In this document: one piece after another, positions 25,001 to 34,303 of the stretch
Layout of the letters: each line of letters opens with the position of its first letter
Position numbering within the stretch: the stretch's first letter is position 1
NCBI GenBank assembly: GCA_025435355.1
Contig: JANJFQ010000002.1
Span: 1 to 52,764, forward strand
DNA from: Candidatus Methanophagales archaeon
Lineage (GTDB): Archaea; Halobacteriota; Syntropharchaeia; Alkanophagales; Methanospirareceae
Length of the DNA: 52,764 nt
Direction: 5' to 3'
Position numbers and translations under genes: made by a program
The notes under the pieces: generated by a model
The model's input: only the letters and a program-made list of their open reading frames with translations
Database searches by the model: none
Told to the model about the DNA's origin: nothing

Positions 25001-25646
25001 TTATGTCTTCAGATCAAATCCCGAACTTTTCAAAACAATTTCCTTCATTTTCACTGCAAAATCGCTTTCTAATAATTTTTTTACATCGCCTATCGAATCC
25101 TCAATTTTTATATCGAACCCTACCTCACCCAAAATAGGCACGTCGAATTCTTTTAAATCGTGTTTAACCAACTTCGAATCCCCCCCCTTTTCATATTCTC
25201 GTCCATCTTATTACATCCATCATCGCGTCTCCTACGCCGGGTGGCATATCAACAATCAGAAAATCCAATGCCCCCCATCTCGTAACCACGAGCAATTCCA
25301 GCATCGCATTCGAAATATCAATACCTCTGAGCGGAGCGGGATTATCACCCGTGAAATAAACAATGCTCATAAATTTTACGTGGTGAACCTCAGACGGAAC
25401 GATTCCTTTCTCTTCCTCTGGATACAGACCTTCTATTCCCAATATCACGTGCGTAGATGGTGCAGATAAATCCAAATCCAACAGCCCAACCTCGTAACCC
25501 AACCTCGACAAAGTCAATGCGAGCACAGAAGCGGTTAAACTCTTACCAATCCCTCCTTTTCCACCAGATACTGCAATTAATTTCTTTATTCCATCCAATC
25601 TTTTGTCAATAATGTTTAATCTCGGATCCATCGCCATCTCCATCAC
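25001..25646 (-). pseudogene. Mrp/MinD-family ATPase (candidate Mrp/MinD-type HypB), split by a frameshift
   Basis: The 151-aa N-terminal ORF has the P-loop SGGKGGIGKS and DMPPGVGD. The C-terminal continuation, EYEKGGDSKLVKHDLKEFDVPILGEVGFDIKIEDSIGD...*, is in another frame and ends at 25001. The frame change must lie at about 25190-25215. Confidence 0.6.
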
Positions 25647-25666
25647 GATTTAAGGTTTTTCTCTCT

Positions 25667-26083
25667 TTATTCAGTGATCCTCTTTACATTCAATCTGTCA
25701 AAATCATGATCAAAGGAATACACCTCATTTATCCCATTCTTCTTCATAATTACATAGGCGATGGCATCGCTCAAACCGACCTTTGTATCCTTTGCCACCT
25801 CCAGAGCACTAACGCAATCCCTTTTCACAACATCGTGTACCCCCATGTTTCTTGCTGTAAGTAGGAATGATTCAATCAATAAAGCATCGTCTACGTGCAT
25901 ATAACGCTCTAATAAATTTGCTATTTCGGCAACGTGAACAGTAGAAATTGCCACTTTTTCGCCTTCGTTTATTCTCTTTACGATATTCTTAGCTGCTTCT
26001 TTTATCTTGATTTCGTGCTCTCGCAGTTCTCTTCTCGGCTTTATGAAGGCATGAACAAATACGCTTGCGTCAACGAATTTCAT
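25667..26083 (-). CDS. vapC: PIN-domain toxin (VapC)
   Basis: Has the N-terminal MKFVDASVF and the C-terminal SDAIAYVIM...YSFDHDFDRL PIN acidic signature. Confidence 0.8.
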   Translation of the reverse strand: MKFVDASVFVHAFIKPRRELREHEIKIKEAAKNIVKRINEGEKVAISTVHVAEIANLLERYMHVDDALLIESFLLTARNMGVHDVVKRDCVSALEVAKDTKVGLSDAIAYVIMKKNGINEVYSFDHDFDRLNVKRITE

Positions 26084-26315
26084 ATAGCTCCCTTTTTACC
26101 GACTTCCAATCTGATAAATCCGACTTTATATCAGCCTCAACCGAATCGAAGTACTTTGTCAGGTCAATCTTCTCATAAGGCACTATTTCTATTATCTCGC
26201 CTTTAAGGCGCATCATGACCTCTCCGCCTCTAAGGTACATCTCCCTCCATTCTTTTGGTAACGTCAATTTTCCCTCTTTATCCACTTCTTTTTTTATTTC
26301 TATTTGATTTTGCAT
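26070..26315 (-). CDS. vapB: AbrB/SpoVT-type antitoxin (VapB)
   Basis: 81 aa with LTLPKEWREMYL (an AbrB-like swapped-hairpin motif). It overlaps the vapC start by 14 nt. Confidence 0.7.
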   Translation of the reverse strand: MQNQIEIKKEVDKEGKLTLPKEWREMYLRGGEVMMRLKGEIIEIVPYEKIDLTKYFDSVEADIKSDLSDWKSVKRELYEIR

Positions 26316-26479
26316 GGTAGTAGATTGTTTAAGGTAATATTTTAATTGTATTGTATTGTATATAAAATAAATAAATAAATATTTGCGGGGAACTTGACTG
26401 TGAAGTTGAAACGCTCGGATTGCTCATCAATGGTGTAAGAATGGGGATTTGGGATTTTTCCCTTCTTTATTAATCTCAT

Positions 26480-26899
26480 TTATTTGCCTGTACCTATCCC
26501 TTTTATATGATCTATCAAAACTCCTCTTCCCCGGGCCATCTCAAAGTCAGGGCTCTTACAGGATGGGCATCTGATATAAACGTGGGCGACCTCAGGTGCG
26601 AAGTGTATCGCTTCATACTCCCCCTCACCTAACCCCGTCTCACTAAAAGCCCATTCGTTTCCACAAACACGGCATTTAAAAATAGCTCTTTCTCTATCCT
26701 TTTCTATCTTCATATTTGTTAACAACGATGCATCTTGAACTTTTGCAATTTCGTTCAACGCAAATTCAAATATCTCGCTGTCCATTTGCTGTAATTCTCC
26801 TATTTTTATCTTAATTTTTGTAACCTCTTCCAGCCCTTCTTTTTTCGATTCCGCTATTACCGTTGCGATTACCGCTTCCGCCAATGACCATTCGTGCAT
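26480..26899 (-). CDS. hypA: Hydrogenase nickel-incorporation protein HypA
   Basis: Has the N-terminal MHEWSLA, plus CRVCGNEW and CPSCKS zinc-site cysteines. Confidence 0.9.
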   Translation of the reverse strand: MHEWSLAEAVIATVIAESKKEGLEEVTKIKIKIGELQQMDSEIFEFALNEIAKVQDASLLTNMKIEKDRERAIFKCRVCGNEWAFSETGLGEGEYEAIHFAPEVAHVYIRCPSCKSPDFEMARGRGVLIDHIKGIGTGK

Positions 26900-26941
26900 G
26901 CTTCTTTGTCTCTTTTGATTTTATGTATTTGTTTGCCCCCT

Positions 26942-27259
26942 TTAAGCATAACCACAGCCATGCTGTTTTTCACCTTTCATAGGCCACTTCAATTTGTTAT
27001 TGATCATTTCTTTCATTTTAACAATACCAGGGTATTGTGGATTTGGGTCTTCTGGGTCCCAAACACCATCATGGTCAGTATCAACATCAAACGGATTAGT
27101 ATGTGCTTCACGCTCTTGGATATCAGTCCAACCATCAAAGTCAGAATCTTTTTGTATCGTCTTTTCAGGCGCTTCACCAGAATAATTAATATATCCTGCG
27201 AGTGCAATACCAATAAAAATGCATAGGATACCAGCAACGGCTATTTCTATTTTCTTCAT
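26942..27259 (-). CDS. Small signal-anchored protein with a thrombospondin-type-3-like acidic (Ca-binding-like) repeat
   Basis: The N-terminal TM is IAVAGILCIFIGIALAG, followed by DSDFDGWTDIQE...DVDTDHDGVWDPEDPNP. Confidence 0.45.
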   Translation of the reverse strand: MKKIEIAVAGILCIFIGIALAGYINYSGEAPEKTIQKDSDFDGWTDIQEREAHTNPFDVDTDHDGVWDPEDPNPQYPGIVKMKEMINNKLKWPMKGEKQHGCGYA

Positions 27260-27343
27260 GATTGTCCCTTCTCCTTAGAAGAAATGTATTTGCATAGCTA
27301 TATATCCCACCTTTTTAAAATTTTTCGGCGTTTAATATAATAG

Positions 27344-27565
27344 ATGCATAATATCAAGCATTTAGGTGTAGAGCAGATGATAATACTTCTTTACGGATCT
27401 GGTTTGATAAACGGTAATACTTATAGTAAAATGATGGAAATTAAGAAAAAAAGAAATAAACTTGTTCACGATTCATGGACACAACAAATAGAACTGGATC
27501 CACAAGATGCAGAAAAGCTCATTAAAAAGGCAATTGAATGTCTCGAAATTCTTACCGCTACATAA
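27344..27565 (+). CDS. Small HEPN-like protein (Rx4H motif)
   Basis: 73 aa with KKRNKLVHDSW (an R-x4-H signature) followed by a helical C-terminus. No cognate MNT was seen. Confidence 0.4.
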   Translation: MHNIKHLGVEQMIILLYGSGLINGNTYSKMMEIKKKRNKLVHDSWTQQIELDPQDAEKLIKKAIECLEILTAT

Positions 27566-27737
27566 AAAGGAGAATAGAGGTTCCTTTGCCAAGTTATATT
27601 TATATGATGAATACAGGATATTGTCGGTGATAAGGGAGGAAAGAATTAAGGGGGATGATCCTTTTTTATATATGGACTGAAAGGCGTGAAGGTAATGAAG
27701 AAGAAGTCTCTGAGAAGCATGATAGGTATATCTATAA

Positions 27738-27903
27738 ATGAAAGTGTTCATTGACACGAGTGCGTTTTATATTTTGCAAGTATAGGGACAAGGAACTCAG
27801 CTTCACGGATTGCACGAGTTTTGCTCTTATGGAAAAGTTTGGGATAAAAAATGTATTTGCCTTTGACGAGGATTTTGTGAGGATGGGATACATGGTGCTA
27901 TAA
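27738..27903 (+). pseudogene. PIN-domain (VapC) remnant with an internal deletion
   Basis: MKVFIDTSAFYILQV* is followed in another frame by KELSFTDCTSFALMEKFGIKNVFAFDEDFVRMGYMVL*. These are the N- and C-terminal PIN signatures without the middle of the domain. Confidence 0.65.
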
Positions 27904-27942
27904 AAATAGCATTTTGCATCTTTAAATTTGCACTTTTCATTT

Positions 27943-29016
27943 TTATCTCTCACCATACCTGAACGTTATATTACAACTACCCTCCCTTGAGACCATGCAG
28001 GCTCCAACGGGATGCTGAGGCGTGCAAACCTTACCGAACAAGGGGCATTCATCTGGATAAACAAGCCCTCTCAGGATTTTTCCGCATCTACACCCCTCTG
28101 GCTCTTTATAATCAATATCCACGGTGCTTAACTCATCCTCGTATCGTTTCCTCGCATCATATTCCTCGAATTCTCCTCTTAATTTAAGTCCACTGTCGGA
28201 TATAGCAGGAAAACCTCTCCAACTACATTCAGTAGGTTCAAAAACTTCTCCCAGTGTATGCTGTGCTTTCTCATTTCCCTCTGGCTTCACAACCCTTTTA
28301 TATTCATTCTCTACCCTCGTCTCACCGCGGATTATCTGCATTGCAAGCATGTAAACACCGATTAGCACATCCAGTGGTTCGAAACCTGCAATAACCTGCG
28401 GGATTTTATATCGCTTTGATATAAATTCATAAGCCCTTTCTCCTATTATTGTTGATACGTGACCCGGATTTATGAACCCGTCTATTTTCATCTCGCCCAT
28501 TTTTATCAATGCTTCCATCGCCGGCGGGATTAGCCTGTGAGCACTCAGTATAGAAAAATTTTTGGGACGAGTTAAAATTACAGATGCAGTCGTTGGTGCT
28601 GTTGTTTCAAACCCGATGGAAAAGAAGACTACTTCCTTATTTGTTTTTTCCGCTATGGAAATGCAGTCGGTTATGCTGTAAACCATCCTTACGTCAAACC
28701 CTTCTGCCCTTACGTCTGCCAATGAGAGTCTTTCGCCTGGAACCCTGAACATGTCACCAAACGTAGCAACCACTTTTCCCTTCCGCGCTAAAATAATCGC
28801 TTCTTCTATTTCCTTTGCGGTTGTCACACAAACCGGACACCCCGGTCCTGGTCTCACCTCTATCCCCGCCTCTTTTAACATCGAATTCAACCCGAACTTT
28901 ACCAACGTATCTTGATGCGTGCCGCAAACATGCATTAATCGCAAATTGAGATTCAAGTCTTTCAATTTTTCCAGTCTTTCTTTTGCTAACACCTCGTTTC
29001 GGTATCTGAACATCAT
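27943..29016 (-). CDS. hypD: Hydrogenase maturation protein HypD
   Basis: Motifs are HVCGTHQD, GPGCPVCV and GFETT, plus the C-terminal CTPQHPVGACMVSREGSC. Confidence 0.9.
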   Translation of the reverse strand: MMFRYRNEVLAKERLEKLKDLNLNLRLMHVCGTHQDTLVKFGLNSMLKEAGIEVRPGPGCPVCVTTAKEIEEAIILARKGKVVATFGDMFRVPGERLSLADVRAEGFDVRMVYSITDCISIAEKTNKEVVFFSIGFETTAPTTASVILTRPKNFSILSAHRLIPPAMEALIKMGEMKIDGFINPGHVSTIIGERAYEFISKRYKIPQVIAGFEPLDVLIGVYMLAMQIIRGETRVENEYKRVVKPEGNEKAQHTLGEVFEPTECSWRGFPAISDSGLKLRGEFEEYDARKRYEDELSTVDIDYKEPEGCRCGKILRGLVYPDECPLFGKVCTPQHPVGACMVSREGSCNITFRYGER

Positions 29017-29240
29017 TCAAGCAGCTCCCTCCACAACTCAAGCGTCTCTTTCGCCTCGTGCTCATCCATTATCTCAATCGCAAAACCTGCGTGAACAATT
29101 ACGTAATCGTCTATTTTAGCATCTACCAGTGATATATCACTCTCACGAGAAACGCCGCCGAAATCAGCTTTTGCCTTTGCTCTTGTGCCTTCTTTGCCTT
29201 TGCTGATTTCCACCACTTTCGCGGGTATTGCTAAACACAT
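29013..29240 (-). CDS. hypC: Hydrogenase maturation protein HypC
   Basis: 75 aa starting MCLAIPAKVVEI. There is a 4-nt overlap with hypD. Confidence 0.9.
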   Translation of the reverse strand: MCLAIPAKVVEISKGKEGTRAKAKADFGGVSRESDISLVDAKIDDYVIVHAGFAIEIMDEHEAKETLELWRELLE

Positions 29241-29246
29241 CTTATC

Positions 29247-30385
29247 CTAACCTTTATTCCCGTTTCTTAAATGCCCCACGATAACATTTTGCCCGATAGA
29301 AATCCCTTCATCACCATTCGGTATCTTATCGTGAGTTAAAAACCTTAATCCCTTTTCTTTTACTAACGCTTCCGCCATTCTAACAATTGGCACGTCATAC
29401 GAGACACCACCCGTTATCCCGATACAGGATATATCATTACTAACACAAGCATCCGCTGCAATCTCCACCATTTCCTTAACCAATGCAAAAACAAAAGAAT
29501 ATGCGAGGTCTGCTTTCTTTTTTTCCGTGCTTACATCCCCATAATCTGCCAATTGGTCAAACAACGGCAATGTCCTGACAATTTCACGATTTTTGTTTTC
29601 AATGTTCGTATTGAATTCGTAATTTAGCTCTCTGCGTGTCAAATATTTCTCCAGTTTCATTGCCGGCTCACCATCATAAGTCATCCTTTCACAGATGCCC
29701 AGATAGCGTGACAATGCATCTAATACCCTGCCGAAGCTGCTTGTTTTCGGTGCTTTCTTCATCAGCTTTTCCATAACTTCCGCTTCCTTTTCATCCACAA
29801 AATATGTCGTAACTGTATCTCTACCTAAAGTCGAGAAAATTGCAAATACTATCCTTCGTGTGTCTTTTATTGCCGCATCGCCACCAATTAGCGGTATTTC
29901 CTCCAATGACCCCACACGTTCAAAAGAATAGTAACTCGAATGCAGGATTTCCCCGCCCCATGCTTTCCCATCTGTTCCATAACCTGTGCCGTCCAGAGTC
30001 AAAGCAACTGCTTCAGCCACTCCCGCATCGAGCATCAATGAAGCAGCGTGAGCCCAATGATGCTGCACCTCCATCAAATCAACTGAAAATTCTTCCGACA
30101 ATTTTTTACCATACCTCCTTGTCGAGTATCGTGGATGCATATCTACCCCGATGGCATCAATATTATCCATACTTAAACCTAACAGCTCCATCAGTTGCTC
30201 TTTGCTTGATTCTAAAAATTCTAACGTTGGATAGTGAGATGTATTCCCGATGTATTGACTCGGATAAAGATTACCATCCTTTGAAATGCCGAATGAAACA
30301 TTCTCTCCCGCACCTAAGGACAGAATCTTGTCTCTATACGGAATTTTTATATTCAGCGAGGCATTCTCGGCACGTCTAAAAAATA
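29247..30385 (-). pseudogene. hypF: hypF, C-terminal (Kae1-like) half only; N-terminal acylphosphatase/Zn-finger/YrdC half absent
   Basis: Has VQHHWAHAAS (the HypF QHHxAH motif). Upstream of the first ATG (30191), HypF-like sequence continues without any ATG/GTG/TTG (FFRRAENASLNIKIPYRDKILSLGAGENVSFGISKDGNLYPSQYIGN). Homology stops where the TorD-like gene ends. Confidence 0.8.
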
Positions 30386-30388
30386 TCT

Positions 30389-31060
30389 TTATTTCTGTGC
30401 CGTTTCCAACAATTCCACGATCACCGCGTCCTCCAACAGGAGAAATCCTTTTGTGAGTTTCACAACGCCTTTATAGAAATCCGATAGCTCACATTCGTAT
30501 AACTCATCGCAGAAATCCGGCACCCACCTCAATAAATGGTCGTTCAGAAAATCTCGTTGCAGGTTTAAGCATTCCACAAACCTTTCCTTTTCTAAAGAAG
30601 CCGACAATTCCTCCTCGCATAGATGGTGCATAAACTTGAGTTCAAATGCGATATGGTCTTCTGGTTCTGCATAATCGCGTGATTTAACGACACCCGCTTT
30701 CCTGCAATCCCGCTTCACCTTTAACAGCGATTCCCCCATCAACTTACCATCCACCCACCACGACTCGTATGGCTGCACCGGAAGTCTATGAGGACCGATG
30801 AAGAGGCGCGTGTACTCATCTACCAGGTCTTCATGCAATTCATCAATGATTTTGCCTTTGCGCTTCTCCATGAACTCTTTTAATATACGAAATCCCGCGG
30901 ATAGCTCTTCGTCTAACGTTAAGCGAGGGAAATAGAACCTTCCGTTCACCAACGTATCTACAAACTCTCTCGCCGGCTCCTCAACATACATTCGATACAA
31001 AAATGCGTAGAAGTTTCTTCTTGTCTCAAGTGCTTCTTTGAGTTCTGTCATCTTTAGCAA
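30389..31060 (-). CDS. TorD/DmsD-family redox-enzyme maturation chaperone-like protein
   Basis: 223 aa with LFIGPHRLPVQPYESWW and EPEDHIAFELKFMHHL, typical of the TorD/NarJ family. Confidence 0.75.
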   Translation of the reverse strand: MLKMTELKEALETRRNFYAFLYRMYVEEPAREFVDTLVNGRFYFPRLTLDEELSAGFRILKEFMEKRKGKIIDELHEDLVDEYTRLFIGPHRLPVQPYESWWVDGKLMGESLLKVKRDCRKAGVVKSRDYAEPEDHIAFELKFMHHLCEEELSASLEKERFVECLNLQRDFLNDHLLRWVPDFCDELYECELSDFYKGVVKLTKGFLLLEDAVIVELLETAQK

Positions 31061-31098
31061 ATCTTTACTTCATAATTAATTAACATTACTACACATGC

Positions 31099-33147
31099 CT
31101 ATTTAAATGTAATCACCTTCTCAACCGCTTTTGTGGCTCTGCAGTCTTCGCAATATATGAGCAGTTCTAATTGCTCCTCTATGCTGAGTTCTCCTTTTCC
31201 TTCTCTTACCTTTAATAGCTCAGATATCCGCTCAAACGCCGCCCGACTCATAAACAATTTCCCACATCCCGCACATGCAATGAGCTCAGATTCAACCACT
31301 TTTCTTCCTTCCTTCTCAACCAGCCTCGAAAAATCAAGCTCCCGCTTCAAATCAATCGCTTCTTCCGGGCATGCTCGCTCGCACAAGCCACATGCAATAC
31401 AGCGCCCATATACAAAATTGATTTTATTCTCTGCCTTGCTCAATGCATTTGTCGGACACATATTCACGCAAGCATTGCACATCGTGCATTTAGAAGCGTC
31501 AATAAGCACATCTGCGAATGGAAATTGCGTGTTCACCTCTATTAAAGTCGGATGCACTTTTGTTCTCGAGGCAAAGCTTTGTATCAGGTCCAATAAGACT
31601 TCCCTTTTTGGCTCATCAAAATCAATCTCCCCCACGGTTTTCACGTTTTTAAGCGGAGATGGGCTTAGCTTCTCTACAAAATCAGCGCTTATCTTGGCGT
31701 AGTTATCCAGGAGCTGACCATCGCTTATCAAGAGCACCCTTTCTCCGGAAGCGAAATCGAATGCTGATAAGGTCATATTTGCGAATTTTATCGTTTCACG
31801 GTGGCAGTTTTCACCGCCCAATATAATAACGCCATCAGCTCCAAACGCAAACGCACTGAGTATATGTGTTTCGGAGAGCAAACCAATACGAGGCACGAAG
31901 AGGGGTAGCAACGCAGGATATTTTATTTTTTTCCTCCCAACGGCATTTAAAGTTTCAACATGTTCTGGACCGACAACTAAAAGGATTTTTTTAGCTAAAT
32001 CGCTCGATAATAGGTTTTCTATTTGAGAATACATTAAATAGTTTGGATATTCTTGTAACTGCGGAACGGATAAAGGGCATAGCGAAGTGCATATCCCACA
32101 TCCTTGACATCTCACATCGCTGAACGCTATTTCTTCCCCATCCCTCCTTATCGCCTCGTAGGGACAGGGTAAACAGAACTCACACCCAATTAATCCACTC
32201 CTTCCACTTGCACATCTTCCCGAATCCAGCTCCAAAAACTTATTCTTCTCTATTTCACCTAAATTCGATACGAGTTCAATCGCTTTGCCCAGTGCATCTT
32301 CGTCATCCGCCGCCTCCGTATAAATCCCGAATTGTGTTCCCCACTTCCATTCCTTGCCCTTATCTTTGGTTACCACTAAAATCTGCCCTGCATGAATGAC
32401 CTCGCAATTATGGAACTCAATGGCACCCGTTGGACATACCTCAATACAGTCGCCGCATTCATCACACCCCTCTTCAATTGTGTACACCGCATCATATCGT
32501 ATCGCATTCTTCGGACACGCATCAGCGCAAAGACCACAGGATATGCACCTCTCTACGTTTATATTCCTCTCTATTTCCACCTCAAATTCGCCGATATTTC
32601 CCCTTAAGCCTTTAACTTCACCAACGTGTATCACAATGTCATCACACCGTTCTTGCACGTTCTTTGTCAAGAGATGCACGTGAGCCAGATTAGAAAGACT
32701 TTTTGCAACTTCTATTGCTCCTCCATCCCCTATCACCAACACGTCGTATCCAACGTCCACTGCGATTTTTTTAGGTTCAGGAATTGAGCTTTTTATCGCA
32801 ACATAACGGATAGCAGCTTTTAGCATGCTTTTCGCCTTTTCTGTCGCTTCTTTTCTTTCATGCACCCAGCCACAGTGTTCGCGGACGTTTAAGAAGAAAG
32901 TATCACAGCCAAATCCCGACGTCACGCGTTCAAAGATGCCTTTTTTTTCTGTACACCCAACTATTATTACGCCATCAAGCTCCAATCTTCTGATGTCGTC
33001 TATGATATAATCTAACCCATCCTGGCACAGTTTGTCATGGAGTTCAACGACCTCAACTTCTTTCTCTTTCCCCAAGCCCTTTTTGACGTTTTTAAAATCT
33101 ATATTTATGGTATTGTTGCAAGTGCAAAGGAAGATGCCCAGTCGCAT
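31099..33147 (-). CDS. Polyferredoxin fused to MvhD/FlpD-like domains (HdrA/Qmo-associated type electron-transfer protein)
   Basis: Has multiple CxxCxxCxxxCP 4Fe-4S motifs (CISCGLCADACP, CDECGDCIEVCP, CQGCGICTSLCP, CTMCNACVNMCP, CIACGLCERACP). There are also FlpD-like segments (LELDGVIIVGCTEK, AFAFGADGVIILGGENCH). Confidence 0.65.
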   Translation of the reverse strand: MRLGIFLCTCNNTINIDFKNVKKGLGKEKEVEVVELHDKLCQDGLDYIIDDIRRLELDGVIIVGCTEKKGIFERVTSGFGCDTFFLNVREHCGWVHERKEATEKAKSMLKAAIRYVAIKSSIPEPKKIAVDVGYDVLVIGDGGAIEVAKSLSNLAHVHLLTKNVQERCDDIVIHVGEVKGLRGNIGEFEVEIERNINVERCISCGLCADACPKNAIRYDAVYTIEEGCDECGDCIEVCPTGAIEFHNCEVIHAGQILVVTKDKGKEWKWGTQFGIYTEAADDEDALGKAIELVSNLGEIEKNKFLELDSGRCASGRSGLIGCEFCLPCPYEAIRRDGEEIAFSDVRCQGCGICTSLCPLSVPQLQEYPNYLMYSQIENLLSSDLAKKILLVVGPEHVETLNAVGRKKIKYPALLPLFVPRIGLLSETHILSAFAFGADGVIILGGENCHRETIKFANMTLSAFDFASGERVLLISDGQLLDNYAKISADFVEKLSPSPLKNVKTVGEIDFDEPKREVLLDLIQSFASRTKVHPTLIEVNTQFPFADVLIDASKCTMCNACVNMCPTNALSKAENKINFVYGRCIACGLCERACPEEAIDLKRELDFSRLVEKEGRKVVESELIACAGCGKLFMSRAAFERISELLKVREGKGELSIEEQLELLIYCEDCRATKAVEKVITFK

Positions 33148-33256
33148 GAATGCTACTTTTCTATTGATGCAATAAATAACTTTGTATTGTTTTTTTTATT
33201 TCAAGTTTATATTTTCAAAATAGAGAGGTATTTTATAAAGAGATTTTATATATTGA

Positions 33257-34276
33257 ATGGAAATGAAAGAAGGGATACTTCAAGAGGAAGTGTTGTATTT
33301 CAACCGCAAGTTATCCGAGGTTATTGAGCAAAAGATGCGGGGATGCTCAAATAAAATCCTATACGATGCGCTAAACTATATACGGGATACGGGTGGAAAG
33401 CGACTTCGCCCTATCATCTGCCTTCTATCGGCGGAGGCGGTTGGTGGCTCCAGGGACAAGGCTTTATTCCCCGCCGTAGCTATTGAACTCCTCCATAATG
33501 CTTCTCTGGTTCATGATGATATTATAGATGAGAATTACATACGCAGGAAAAACCCTTCCAACCCCGCAAGGTATGGCGAAAAAAAGGCGATAGTCATAGG
33601 GGATTTTTTGTTTGGGCTTTCTTGCGAGATGCTGGCGAGATGCGGAGTGCCGGAAGTCGTGGGTTTGGTTTCGAGTGCTGTTTCCGACATTGCTATGGGG
33701 CAGTACCTGGAGTTCACGGTAAGGTTACGGAACTTACAAGAGGTGACAGAGCAATCTTACATGGAAGTAGCAGCGCTGAAAACTGCTTCTATATTTATGG
33801 CGAGCACAGCTTCAGGTGCCATACTTGGTTGTGGAAGCGAATCAGAAATAGAGAATCTTCGCAATTATGGTAAAAATTTGGGCTTGGCATTCCAGATTCA
33901 GGATGATGTTTTAGATATCTGCGGTGACCCTGCGAAAACAGGAAAGCCCGTGGGGTTGGACATCAAAAATGGTGAAAGAACCATTCTTCTCATTCATGCA
34001 TTAAATCATTTACATTCGTCGGAAAAAGAGTATTTAATAGAGATTCTCTCAAGGGAAAGTATTGGCAGTTCTGATATTGACCGGGTCAGGGGAATTTTCA
34101 TAAATTCCGGCTCGATTAACTATGCAATCCAGCTATCTAACGACCTCGTGAGGGGTGCGAAAAAATGTATTGAGGGACTCGAAGATTCTAAAGCAAGGGG
34201 GAAACTAAAATTCATTGCGGATTTTGCCGCAGAGCGAATAGAAAATCAAACTTTGGCTGCTTTTATACAGCAATGA
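33257..34276 (+). CDS. Polyprenyl (geranylgeranyl-type) diphosphate synthase
   Basis: The first Asp-rich motif is LVHDDIID and the second is FQIQDDVLD. Confidence 0.85.
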   Translation: MEMKEGILQEEVLYFNRKLSEVIEQKMRGCSNKILYDALNYIRDTGGKRLRPIICLLSAEAVGGSRDKALFPAVAIELLHNASLVHDDIIDENYIRRKNPSNPARYGEKKAIVIGDFLFGLSCEMLARCGVPEVVGLVSSAVSDIAMGQYLEFTVRLRNLQEVTEQSYMEVAALKTASIFMASTASGAILGCGSESEIENLRNYGKNLGLAFQIQDDVLDICGDPAKTGKPVGLDIKNGERTILLIHALNHLHSSEKEYLIEILSRESIGSSDIDRVRGIFINSGSINYAIQLSNDLVRGAKKCIEGLEDSKARGKLKFIADFAAERIENQTLAAFIQQ

Positions 34277-34303
34277 ATAACTTTGGAAGACCAAAAGTAG
34301 TCT

